Virus record (IMG/VR): IMGVR_UViG_3300010413_000048
Location: 1 to 52,435 of that record
Reading direction: 5' to 3' (one strand)
Source of the DNA: a virus
Lineage: Duplodnaviria; Caudoviricetes
DNA: 52,435 nucleotides
In this document: positions 16,228 to 24,988 of the stretch, piece after piece
How the letters are laid out: each line of letters starts with the position of its first letter
Numbering within the stretch: the first letter of the stretch is position 1
The notes under the pieces: generated by a model
Database searches by the model: none
The model's input: the letters and a program-made list of their open reading frames with translations, nothing else
Told to the model about the DNA's origin: nothing
Translations under genes and position numbers: made by a program

Positions 16228-16284
16228 CAATTATTTACCCTTCCTTCCAAGCCTTTCAACGTTTTAGGTTGAAAACCTGAGGGC

Positions 16285-16320
16285 AAAAAAGAAGGCCTGA
16301 TGAACTTAATCACCAGGCCC
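16285..16320 (-). terminator. Rho-independent terminator
   Basis: GGCCTGGTGA-ttaagt-TCATCAGGCC followed by TTCTTTTTT. Confidence 0.8.
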
Positions 16321-16326
16321 TTTCTT

Positions 16327-16509
16327 CTATGCCTTAAAATAAGTTAATGGTCTCTTACTATGAACTATACCTGTTTCATAATCGTATAGTTCAAGTTCTC
16401 CTGTTGCAAAGCTTAATTGAACTCTCACTGTTGATAGATTGTCTAACTGCTCTTCTACCCATTCAGCAATATCTATAACAGTCTCTGCATGAACAGACAT
16501 TGTATCCAT
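16327..16509 (-). CDS. hypothetical protein
   Basis: GGGGAG RBS; followed by a terminator. Confidence 0.6.
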   Translation of the reverse strand: MDTMSVHAETVIDIAEWVEEQLDNLSTVRVQLSFATGELELYDYETGIVHSKRPLTYFKA

Positions 16510-16560
16510 ACCTTTCTCCCCTTTCCTAAAACATCCTGCTGATTGGTTAAAGATTAAAGA

Positions 16561-16935
16561 TTACTGATTCATTGTCTCAATCTGTTTCTCAATAAAACTC
16601 ATCAATGCCTTCACATTCGTCACATCAACTCCAGCCGCCTTCGCTTCCGCAATCAACTGCTGCTTTGGATCAATAGTAGTTCTCCCAGGAGCTTTGAAAT
16701 CTACGCGGATAGTAGATTTGTCAATTAGCTTATCAAATCCCTTTCTGTTCGCTCCTTGCCATTGAATCACTACAGCACCCATAACTTTGTCAAAGACGGA
16801 TTGGAGAGTAGCGCCAGTGAAGTTGACGTTGAGGGTTACTGTTTTTGAACTTTCACTATCTTTATCAGGTTTAACAGTGCAAACCTTCGAAAGTGACAAG
16901 CCTTCGATTGTTGTGTTAAGGTCTATATTTCCCAT
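16561..16935 (-). CDS. hypothetical protein, first gene of the early block
   Basis: AAGGAGGT RBS. Confidence 0.75.
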   Translation of the reverse strand: MGNIDLNTTIEGLSLSKVCTVKPDKDSESSKTVTLNVNFTGATLQSVFDKVMGAVVIQWQGANRKGFDKLIDKSTIRVDFKAPGRTTIDPKQQLIAEAKAAGVDVTNVKALMSFIEKQIETMNQ

Positions 16936-16967
16936 TGTTGATACCTCCTTGAATTGTTTAAATGATT

Positions 16968-16992
16968 AGATACATAAATAATTTATACATCT
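16968..16992. repeat. 25-bp palindrome, copy 8
   Basis: AGATACATAAATAATTTATACATCT. Confidence 0.9.
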
Positions 16993-17114
16993 ATTGGTAT
17001 CAACAGGATGTTTCATCTCAATATTCAATTGTCAAAGAACATTTATATCATGGTCTGAAGTGCCAACGTATTGACACTCCGTGTTTTAATGGTTCACTCC
17101 CTGACCATGAATAC

Positions 17115-17142
17115 ATCATACCACATCAACCAGGTATGTCAA
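17115..17142 (-). promoter_or_regulatory. sigma70-type leftward promoter
   Basis: TTGACA-N16-TATGAT with extended -10 TG. Confidence 0.6.
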
Positions 17143-17287
17143 CATTTATTTTCAAAGGGTCGATGGGGGAAGATGGGTTCATAGGCGGGCGGGTTACTTC
17201 CCCTACATTTTGTAAGGTAAAATTTCATAAATGATTAACAATAATTGGTTGGAGATAGATATGATGGACATTGGAGGGAGGAAAGAA

Positions 17288-17312
17288 AGATATATAAATT
17301 TTTTATACATCT
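17288..17312. repeat. 25-bp palindrome, copy 9
   Basis: AGATATATAAATTTTTTATACATCT. Confidence 0.9.
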
Positions 17313-17359
17313 TAGGAAATTCAATCCAGTGACTACGATTAAATAATTGTAGAAAATGA

Positions 17360-17389
17360 TTGACATTAGTATTGACAATATGGTACAAT
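17360..17389 (+). promoter_or_regulatory. sigma70-type rightward (late operon) promoter
   Basis: TTGACA-N18-TACAAT with extended -10 TG. Confidence 0.7.
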
Positions 17390-17415
17390 GATGGTGTAAA
17401 GTGGAGGTTTAAAGA

Positions 17416-18030
17416 ATGAGACCTGATTATGCACAGATGATTTTAGATGAAATAGACAAGATAGAGCTTCATGAGGAAGCTGAGGAAGCTAATGAAGCTA
17501 TTCCTGAATCTCTACAGGGATTTCCAGAAAGTAGAATAGATAGAAGAGTTAAAGCTAATGGAACTAAGAAGACCTATGACATTCAAAGAATCTGGTGTCA
17601 TCATAAGGAAATGCTTCAGCTTAAGTCCCTTGGTTATACTTGCCCTGAAATTGCACAGATGACTGGATTTAGTGAATGTACAGTAAGAAAGACTATCAGT
17701 TCTGATCTTGGGAGACAAGCCCTTTTAGACATTAGATCTCTTCGTGACGCTGAGTTCGATCAGATGCGTGACAAAGTAATGGAGCTCACCTGGATGGCTC
17801 TTGACATTTATGATGAGACCTTCACTGATCCTGACTCAGCTACTCCAAAAGAACGTCGTGCTGCAGCTCGTGACGTGATTCTTGAAATGTCTGGCCTCCG
17901 TGCTCCAACGCAGATTCAATCTCATTCAACAACCACTGTTCTTACATCTGAAGAGTTAGACGAGTTCAAAGACCGAGGTCGGAAGGCATCATTAGATGCA
18001 GGTAAACTAATTGATATTCCGGGAGAATAA
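17416..18030 (+). CDS. putative terminase small subunit (HTH)
   Basis: HTH LGYTCPEIAQMTGFSECTVRKTI; R..AARDVIL..G helix; first gene of the late block. Confidence 0.6.
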   Translation: MRPDYAQMILDEIDKIELHEEAEEANEAIPESLQGFPESRIDRRVKANGTKKTYDIQRIWCHHKEMLQLKSLGYTCPEIAQMTGFSECTVRKTISSDLGRQALLDIRSLRDAEFDQMRDKVMELTWMALDIYDETFTDPDSATPKERRAAARDVILEMSGLRAPTQIQSHSTTTVLTSEELDEFKDRGRKASLDAGKLIDIPGE

Positions 18031-18033
18031 GAT

Positions 18034-18414
18034 ATGAAAAAGTTACTTTTGACATTAGCTATATTCCTAACCCTTTCATTCAATCTCTTGGCCCAACCTC
18101 AGGTTGAATCCAGAACCTACACCCTCATTTGGGAGGCCTCCACAGGACCTGGAACTGTAGATCATTATATTATCTATTACGGTACTGAGTCTCATACTTA
18201 TACTGAGAGCATACCAATAGGAAATGTTACTACCTACGATCTAACACTTCCTGAAGATGAAAATACTTACTATATAGCAGTAACTGCTGTTGGAATCAAC
18301 ATTCTTGAAAGTGGCTATTCAAACGAAGTAAATACAGCAAGGATGGATGCTCCTAAGAATTTTAAAATCATCAGAGCAATCATTAACTGGCTTAAATCAT
18401 TAGCTAGGAGATAA
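18034..18414 (+). CDS. fibronectin type III domain protein with signal peptide
   Basis: MKKLLLTLAIFLTLSFNLLA; TL.W...Y.IYYG...YYIAVTAV...ESGYSNEV. Confidence 0.85.
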   Translation: MKKLLLTLAIFLTLSFNLLAQPQVESRTYTLIWEASTGPGTVDHYIIYYGTESHTYTESIPIGNVTTYDLTLPEDENTYYIAVTAVGINILESGYSNEVNTARMDAPKNFKIIRAIINWLKSLARR

Positions 18415-18417
18415 ACT

Positions 18418-18630
18418 ATGGAAAATTCAAGTTTCTTAACCGAAGATAATGGTAATCCCTCTTGGACCCGTCTCTCAGGAACTGTCTGCCTTATTCAATC
18501 AATAGCAATTTCCTATATAGGAATCTTCAAAGAAATCCCTGATGCTTATCTCTTCAGCCTAACATTCTTAGCAGCTGCACTGTGCCCTAAACTTATTCAA
18601 AAGTTTGTAGAGCAAAAGATAAATAAATAA
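18418..18630 (+). CDS. holin-like small membrane protein
   Basis: FLTEDNGNPSWTRL followed by two hydrophobic segments and a basic tail. Confidence 0.55.
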   Translation: MENSSFLTEDNGNPSWTRLSGTVCLIQSIAISYIGIFKEIPDAYLFSLTFLAAALCPKLIQKFVEQKINK

Positions 18631-18641
18631 TTTATATATCT
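18617..18641. repeat. 25-bp palindrome, copy 10
   Basis: AGATAAATAAATAATTTATATATCT; overlaps a stop codon. Confidence 0.9.
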
Positions 18642-18650
18642 GGATCTTAA

Positions 18651-19238
18651 GTGGCAACTCAAATACCTGGAGCAATCTTTCTTCATATCCCCAAGTGCGG
18701 AGGTACCTGGGTGCGGAACTATTTCAAGGAATCAGGTCTCACCCTTCGTGAACTCGAACCTGAGCACATCAATGCTCATGTATTCCGTACAGAGTATGGA
18801 GATACAGAAGATCTCCTTTGCTGCTTTGTCCGTCACCCACTTACCTGGTACTGTTCCTACTGGCAGCATCGACAGCAGATGGTTAGTAAAAGAAATGGAG
18901 GACCTATTGATACAATAGTAGATCTTCCTTTCATTCAATTCATCGAGAAAGTTTTAGAAGATCTTCCCAGCTACGTAACAAACTTCTTCAACGGCTACAC
19001 CAATCGTTGTAGGGTAATAGGAAAACAGGAAAATCTTAGAGAGGATCTAAACTTAATATTAAGTATGTTAAAAATTCCTTACAATAAGGACTATCTATAC
19101 TCCAGAGAGACTGACAATGTAACTAACCCAACAGCCAAATATCCCTACTCCCTTGCCCTTGAAGTAATGAAAGCTGAACGAGACACTGTCTTACGTTACA
19201 ACTACAACTACATTCCGGAGGAAATAATCAGTGTATGA
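18651..19238 (+). CDS. sulfotransferase family protein (Sulfotransfer_2-like)
   Basis: 5'-PSB motif FLHIPKCGGT; 3'-PB motif FVRHPL...SYW; IGKQENL. Confidence 0.8.
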   Translation: MATQIPGAIFLHIPKCGGTWVRNYFKESGLTLRELEPEHINAHVFRTEYGDTEDLLCCFVRHPLTWYCSYWQHRQQMVSKRNGGPIDTIVDLPFIQFIEKVLEDLPSYVTNFFNGYTNRCRVIGKQENLREDLNLILSMLKIPYNKDYLYSRETDNVTNPTAKYPYSLALEVMKAERDTVLRYNYNYIPEEIISV

Positions 19239-19725
19239 GTCACTTAAAGAGTTCAATAATATAGTTGTCTCAGGTCCACAACGATCTGGTACACGTATAG
19301 TTGCAAAAATAATTGCTTATGAAACTGGTAAACAATTCATAGACGAGCGAGATCTAAATTTTCATGACTACAGACTCCTCAAATTCTACCTTGAAAGAGG
19401 CAATTTCGTAATCCAGTGTCCTGGTCTCTGTCACCTACTTCACTACATAGAGTTCGAAGATACTCTAATCATAGTATCTCAAAGACCTATCCAAGAAATT
19501 ATAAGATCAGAGCGTCTCCACTGGAGCAATGAAAGTCGACTAATCGAACTCTACAAATATGGACGTTGTGAGGGAATAATCTCTCGCATTAAATACTCTT
19601 TCTGGAGTGGCTATCAGCAACCAATCCTTGGAGATCGAGGAAGAAACATAGGTTATCATTCATTAGAGAGTCATAAACTATTTATCACAGACCGTAAAAA
19701 CTTTAAATGGGATCAGACAGAATGA
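19231..19725 (+). CDS. sulfotransferase-like P-loop protein
   Basis: IVVSGPQRSGT; IIVSQRP..II.S. Confidence 0.6.
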   Translation: MYESLKEFNNIVVSGPQRSGTRIVAKIIAYETGKQFIDERDLNFHDYRLLKFYLERGNFVIQCPGLCHLLHYIEFEDTLIIVSQRPIQEIIRSERLHWSNESRLIELYKYGRCEGIISRIKYSFWSGYQQPILGDRGRNIGYHSLESHKLFITDRKNFKWDQTE

Positions 19726-22526
19726 AAGCACTAATCATAGCCCTCTATCCTTATCAAGCCAAATCCCTTGACGCCTGGCATGATCATGGAGCAGGAATGA
19801 CCTTCACTGCTTGTCGTGAATCTGGCTGTGATGTCGAGTTCCTCGATATGAAAGTCCTCCGTGATGATGCAGAACTTGCAGCAAGAATCTCTATGTCTCA
19901 ATGTGACCTAGTTGCCTTCGGTCTTAAGAGTTCCTTCTATGACATAGGAATGAAGATAGTTAGTATTGCTAAGAAATTAAACAAAAAGATAATGATAGGA
20001 GGATATCATGCAACTGCAGCAGGACATGAACTTGTTGAAAACCCAGACATTGACTATATCTTCTATGGAGAATCAGAAGTTACGTTACCTAAATTCCTTA
20101 AAGATCAATCCAACTATAGAAGAGAAATTTATGGAGATAAACCTCAAGATCTTGACTCTCTGCATTGGTTCGATAGGACAATTTATTCAAATGTAACAGA
20201 AGACTGTTCAACTTGGTGGCATGGTGGGCAACGAAAGAACATGATCTCTGTCCTCTCTGCACGAGGCTGTCCTTATCAATGTCAATTCTGTCAACCTATC
20301 GAAGACAATCACTTCGGGAAGAAGTTACGAAGGCGATCAGTTCCGTCTCTCATTGAAGAACTTCTTCACCTCAAAAATCTTCACTCTCCAGATTCCATCA
20401 TGATACATGATGATACCTTCCTCACTCAACCAAAGTGGATCGAAGAGTTCATCGAACTGTATCCACAGGTCGATCTGCCTTTTTGGGCATCTGGCCGTGC
20501 TGATGGAATCTGTGAGAATGAAGACCTTGTGCGTAAGCTTGTTAAGATTGGCTGGGAACTTGTTTCAGTTGGTTTTGAAAGTGGTTCACAGAGAATACTT
20601 GATCTAATGAAAAAGGGAACCACTGTTGAACAAAATTTAGAAGCAGCGAGGATAATTCATGATACAGGATCTAAAATTTACGGAAACTATATGTTGGGGC
20701 TGCCATGGGAGTCAGCAAAAGATATGCAGGCTACAGCCAAGATGGTTGATCAGATCAATGCAGAAATGCCCTCTTGGGCCTTTTTCACTCCCTATCCAGG
20801 GTCAGGACTTGGAAAAGATTGCATTGAGAATCAGTGGTCTCTTCTTTCGCGGTCCGAGTACGATCGATATCCAGGTGGAAGAAAAGTTAAGTTCGTTAAC
20901 TACGACTACGTCAACAAAGTCTACAAAGGTTTCCGTGAAGAGCCAAAAGAACCCCTCTGCGACATAATCATCCCTGTTTACAACAACGAGGACTTAACTC
21001 TTGCTTGTCTCGAATCTATCAAACAATGTACTACTCCTGGAACTTATCGAATAATCCTAGTTGATAATGCCTCAAGTGAAAAGCAGCGAGTCTCCAGGGC
21101 CATTGAATGCTTTGATCACATCTTTATCGAAAATGAATCTAACGAGGGCTTCGTTGGAGCTATCAATAAAGGCCTCTCTCAATCAACTGCACCTTACGTC
21201 TGCCTTCTCAACAACGACACTCGTGTATCTCCTAATTGGCTCAGCAAGCTAATCAACCATCTCCAGCGTGATCCTAAACTTGGAATCATAGGTGCATTAA
21301 CAGAGGCTGATAAAAGTGGAAATCCAAAAGCAATGGACTCACATCATTCTTTATCTCTCCATAAGCATGGAGTCCTAGTTCCAAACAAAGGTCTCAATAT
21401 GACTCTTGAGGAGGTCAACAGATTTCTTGAAACACACTACCCAAACAGAACCACCGACTGTGCCTTTGTAGCCTTCCTCTGTGCAGTAATTCGTCGTGAA
21501 GTCATTGATAAAGTAGGTTTCCTTGATCCTAACTATGCTATGGGCATGTGGGATGATAATGACTATAATAAGGCGGTTCGCTATGCAGGATGGACAGCGG
21601 AACTAGCTATCGACACCTGCATTTATCATCGAGGTCGTTCTACTTTTAAAATAATCCAAGAGACAGAAAACTTTGATGTAAATGCCTTACTTAAGAAAAA
21701 TAAAAGATACCTCGATTGTAAATGGGGAGTTCTTGATACCTCTATCATCTCTCGTGCTATCTTTGATCAACTTGGGGAGACTGCAAATATAGGAATCCTA
21801 ACTCCTTACCGTAAAGACCTTATCCAACGTTACTTCATTAATTCCCTCAAGGCTCAGATCGATACAGGATTTAACATTCAACTTGTTGTGGGCCCCAAAG
21901 GAAATGAGGCAACTAAAGCAATCGAAAATCTTGACTGGGGAAGTCTTAATGTAGACTTCCTCTATTCAAATGGCCTAGACCTCTGGCGTGAGTCTGTCAA
22001 ACGATCTGGCAACAAGGCCATTGAAGCCGCTGATGGAACACCTGAAATGCTTGTTCGTCAATCAGGACATAAACTAACTTCTACAATGATTCGTATGGAT
22101 ACAGATGATTGGATTGCACCTGGATTTATATCCCATGTCCGATATGTAGAGCAAACCACAGCATTGAGTTCCTTTTTAATCAACTATCAAGTAATTGGTC
22201 AAGACGATGATGGAAAACTTTTCAACATCTATCATCAATTTGACCTAAATCGAATTAGTCCTTTCTTCGCCATAATTCAACATCAGGAACCTAGAAAGAG
22301 TCCTTATGCCAAATGTCATCTTTATATGCACGAACTCTTTCAACATATAGCAACTGTACCACCTGGATACTGTTACACTGTAATTCATGATGAGAATAGG
22401 ATAAATAAGATGAATGATAAAGATAAATATATAATGTTTATTAATACTTCAGTTAAATCTATTAATACTAAATCTCCTGGTCGTGATTCGTGGCAAGAAC
22501 GGATAGCAAGGGCAGTTGCTAGATAA
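19722..22526 (+). CDS. fusion of a B12-binding radical SAM domain, a GT2 glycosyltransferase and a second GT-A-like domain
   Basis: GGYHAT/GESE B12 domain; RGCPYQCQFC; DDTF; GFESGSQRIL; then IIIPVYNN, VDNAS, GF..AIN.G, LNND, DDND; then RMDTDD. ATG at 19722 is coupled to the upstream stop. Confidence 0.88.
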   Translation: MKALIIALYPYQAKSLDAWHDHGAGMTFTACRESGCDVEFLDMKVLRDDAELAARISMSQCDLVAFGLKSSFYDIGMKIVSIAKKLNKKIMIGGYHATAAGHELVENPDIDYIFYGESEVTLPKFLKDQSNYRREIYGDKPQDLDSLHWFDRTIYSNVTEDCSTWWHGGQRKNMISVLSARGCPYQCQFCQPIEDNHFGKKLRRRSVPSLIEELLHLKNLHSPDSIMIHDDTFLTQPKWIEEFIELYPQVDLPFWASGRADGICENEDLVRKLVKIGWELVSVGFESGSQRILDLMKKGTTVEQNLEAARIIHDTGSKIYGNYMLGLPWESAKDMQATAKMVDQINAEMPSWAFFTPYPGSGLGKDCIENQWSLLSRSEYDRYPGGRKVKFVNYDYVNKVYKGFREEPKEPLCDIIIPVYNNEDLTLACLESIKQCTTPGTYRIILVDNASSEKQRVSRAIECFDHIFIENESNEGFVGAINKGLSQSTAPYVCLLNNDTRVSPNWLSKLINHLQRDPKLGIIGALTEADKSGNPKAMDSHHSLSLHKHGVLVPNKGLNMTLEEVNRFLETHYPNRTTDCAFVAFLCAVIRREVIDKVGFLDPNYAMGMWDDNDYNKAVRYAGWTAELAIDTCIYHRGRSTFKIIQETENFDVNALLKKNKRYLDCKWGVLDTSIISRAIFDQLGETANIGILTPYRKDLIQRYFINSLKAQIDTGFNIQLVVGPKGNEATKAIENLDWGSLNVDFLYSNGLDLWRESVKRSGNKAIEAADGTPEMLVRQSGHKLTSTMIRMDTDDWIAPGFISHVRYVEQTTALSSFLINYQVIGQDDDGKLFNIYHQFDLNRISPFFAIIQHQEPRKSPYAKCHLYMHELFQHIATVPPGYCYTVIHDENRINKMNDKDKYIMFINTSVKSINTKSPGRDSWQERIARAVAR

Positions 22527-22545
22527 ATAAAAAATTTATATATCT
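22521..22545. repeat. 25-bp palindrome, copy 11
   Basis: AGATAAATAAAAAATTTATATATCT. Confidence 0.9.
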
Positions 22546-22558
22546 AAATGGTGAGATT

Positions 22559-24988
22559 ATGAAACATTTTAAGAAAATCCTACTTTCAGTAATATTCACG
22601 ATATTAGTCGTCTGTGGAGTTGCATTATCTGACTACTTTCCTGATGTAATAGTAACTTCCCCCAATGGCATGTGGACTGATACTCGTGCTTATTCTTCTC
22701 TTGCAAATGCAATAACTGCTATAGGTGCTAATGTAAGGGATGTCTATATTGTACGGGATGAGGCTTTTGCTACTCAGACTATTCCAGCTAATATAAATCT
22801 TCATATTACAGCTCTTGGATCATTAAGTAACACTGGACAGCTTACAATAAATACAACTCAGATCTTTGCTCCAGCTCGTCAAGTTTTCACTGGCACTGGG
22901 AACATAGACTTTGCTGATGGAACTATTCTTAAATCATCTTGGTTTCAGAATATAGAAAGTGCTTTTGCTCTAACCAATAATGATACTGTAACTCTTCTAA
23001 TGACCAAAGCTTATACAGTCACAGCTTCTTATTCTCCTGGTAATAATGTCCTTCTTAAATGGGAATCTCCTGGAAATGTCCTTACTGTTAATGCAGGTAG
23101 AGTAGTTGGTAATCTACATCTTATCGAAGCTGGTAACTATCAAATCTTCGGTGGTTCAGGTGACTTTGACTTCCTTGATGGAACAAGATTAAAACTTGAC
23201 TGGTTTCTTAATCTTCGTGCTTGTCTTACCTGGGTTGAAGTTGAGAGAGTAACGATAATAGTTACTGGAACTAACACTGTAGATTTTTCAGACACTGCTA
23301 CAAGAAATGAATACTTTGACTTCAAATCAGAACAAGGTAGATTTAATATATCAGTTGGAATAACTTTAGCAATTTATTCTCCTTTAAATGTCTCTGCTCT
23401 TCATAATCAACAAATCAAAGATGGTCTTGGAACTCTTGCATGGACTACTGGAGGTGGAGAAATCTGGCCTGATTGGTGGGAGGAGAATACTACACCTGGA
23501 ACTACTGATATGGGAGATGCTTGGCAGGACTGTATAGATTCTGCTATAGCAGTAACAACTGGACCTAAGCCAATTATAAGAGCTTCTGGAGAATATGCCT
23601 ATACTGGAGACATTGAAACTAGAACAACAACTGACAATACTCTTGAAGGTTTAGTAATTAGAGGAGATAGTGGAGCGCATCGAGGTGATGCAGCTGTAAT
23701 AGAAGGAATGACTACCTTAAAAAATATAGGAACTGGCTCATTCTACTTTGGGCGTATTGATACAGTTGGATTTAGGCCTTGGATGGTAGGCAGTATTCTT
23801 GAAAATATTCAATTTGAGGGTAATACAAATGTAACTACTCAGGGACTATATGTAGCAGGTAATAACTGCGTAATAAGAAATGTTCATATAACAGGATATA
23901 CAAATGCATCTGCTGTTGGATTAAGGAGGACTGGAGAGCTTAATAGCTACTATGATGTGTCTAGCACAAACAACTACGATGGTGGAGCATCTGAGGTAGG
24001 AGCTAATGCTTCAGCAGCTAATAATGCAAATAAGTACTACAATTGTGTATGGAACTCTAATACACGGTATGGTGATAATCCAGTAGCTGAAGTAGGAGCA
24101 AATTATATTAGCTGTCTATGGCAGACAAATGGGGCCGATGGATATAGACATACATCTGCTAGTTATGGAAATGCTTTCTTTGGTGGCTGGTTTGAAGGTA
24201 ATAATGATACCACTGCTGGATATCAGTTTTACTATACTGGAATTTCTTCTGCCACTAGGTCAGACAGGCTTGCTGTCTCTGACACTGTGTTTGGTGGTGG
24301 AGGTGCTTCTGTATCTGGACATATCTATTTAGCCAATACTACATATGCTAAGATCTTTCCTGCATGGTATAATGCTACTAATCAATTTACTAATGGTGGA
24401 GCGAATATAGCTCTGAGAATCAATCAGCCTAATACAGTCATTGGTTCTGAGGGTGCTCCATATCTAGAACAAACTACCCGTACAGTAGCAGGTGCTTCAT
24501 ATGCCAGGTTCAATGTAAATGATGCTGAGCTTGGATTTAATTCTGGTGAAGGTTTTGGTGGTGAGATATCACACTATCCAGGTACTCATGAAACTGGGGC
24601 GGCTTATGTAAGAAATGTTTCGGATAAAGTAGTCGATGCCTCAGGCAATACGAATATGTTTTTAATAACCTTTGATGATAACTATGGTCAAGGATATTTT
24701 ACCCTTACCTATACAGGGGCTGGATCTACTACAACATATGTAGGAATTAAGGTCGTAAGGCATATACAATTAGTTAATAATGTAGCTACGATTACAACGA
24801 TAGGTGCAGATGATTTAAGAGGAAATGCTGCTCCTGCAACTGTATGGACAGATAATCTTGATGGGACTATTCAAGTCACAATTACTAACAACAATGCTGC
24901 CACTACTAGAGGTCATGCAGTACTTGAAGGTTGGGGCGGTGGAGCAGACGGAGCTGAAGAAAGGGGTTTTACTTTCACAGTACAGTAA
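22559..24988 (+). CDS. tailspike/tail fibre-like beta-helix protein with signal-peptide-like N-terminus
   Basis: PDWW...GTTDM..A.Q..ID tailspike neck motif followed by Asn/Gly/Thr-rich beta-helix-like repeats. Confidence 0.7.
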   Translation: MKHFKKILLSVIFTILVVCGVALSDYFPDVIVTSPNGMWTDTRAYSSLANAITAIGANVRDVYIVRDEAFATQTIPANINLHITALGSLSNTGQLTINTTQIFAPARQVFTGTGNIDFADGTILKSSWFQNIESAFALTNNDTVTLLMTKAYTVTASYSPGNNVLLKWESPGNVLTVNAGRVVGNLHLIEAGNYQIFGGSGDFDFLDGTRLKLDWFLNLRACLTWVEVERVTIIVTGTNTVDFSDTATRNEYFDFKSEQGRFNISVGITLAIYSPLNVSALHNQQIKDGLGTLAWTTGGGEIWPDWWEENTTPGTTDMGDAWQDCIDSAIAVTTGPKPIIRASGEYAYTGDIETRTTTDNTLEGLVIRGDSGAHRGDAAVIEGMTTLKNIGTGSFYFGRIDTVGFRPWMVGSILENIQFEGNTNVTTQGLYVAGNNCVIRNVHITGYTNASAVGLRRTGELNSYYDVSSTNNYDGGASEVGANASAANNANKYYNCVWNSNTRYGDNPVAEVGANYISCLWQTNGADGYRHTSASYGNAFFGGWFEGNNDTTAGYQFYYTGISSATRSDRLAVSDTVFGGGGASVSGHIYLANTTYAKIFPAWYNATNQFTNGGANIALRINQPNTVIGSEGAPYLEQTTRTVAGASYARFNVNDAELGFNSGEGFGGEISHYPGTHETGAAYVRNVSDKVVDASGNTNMFLITFDDNYGQGYFTLTYTGAGSTTTYVGIKVVRHIQLVNNVATITTIGADDLRGNAAPATVWTDNLDGTIQVTITNNNAATTRGHAVLEGWGGGADGAEERGFTFTVQ

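Noticed and set aside
16962-17388. ORFs 16962-17234 (+) and 17203-17388 (-)
   Set aside because: They run through palindromes and promoters of the divergent control region and lack a convincing RBS.
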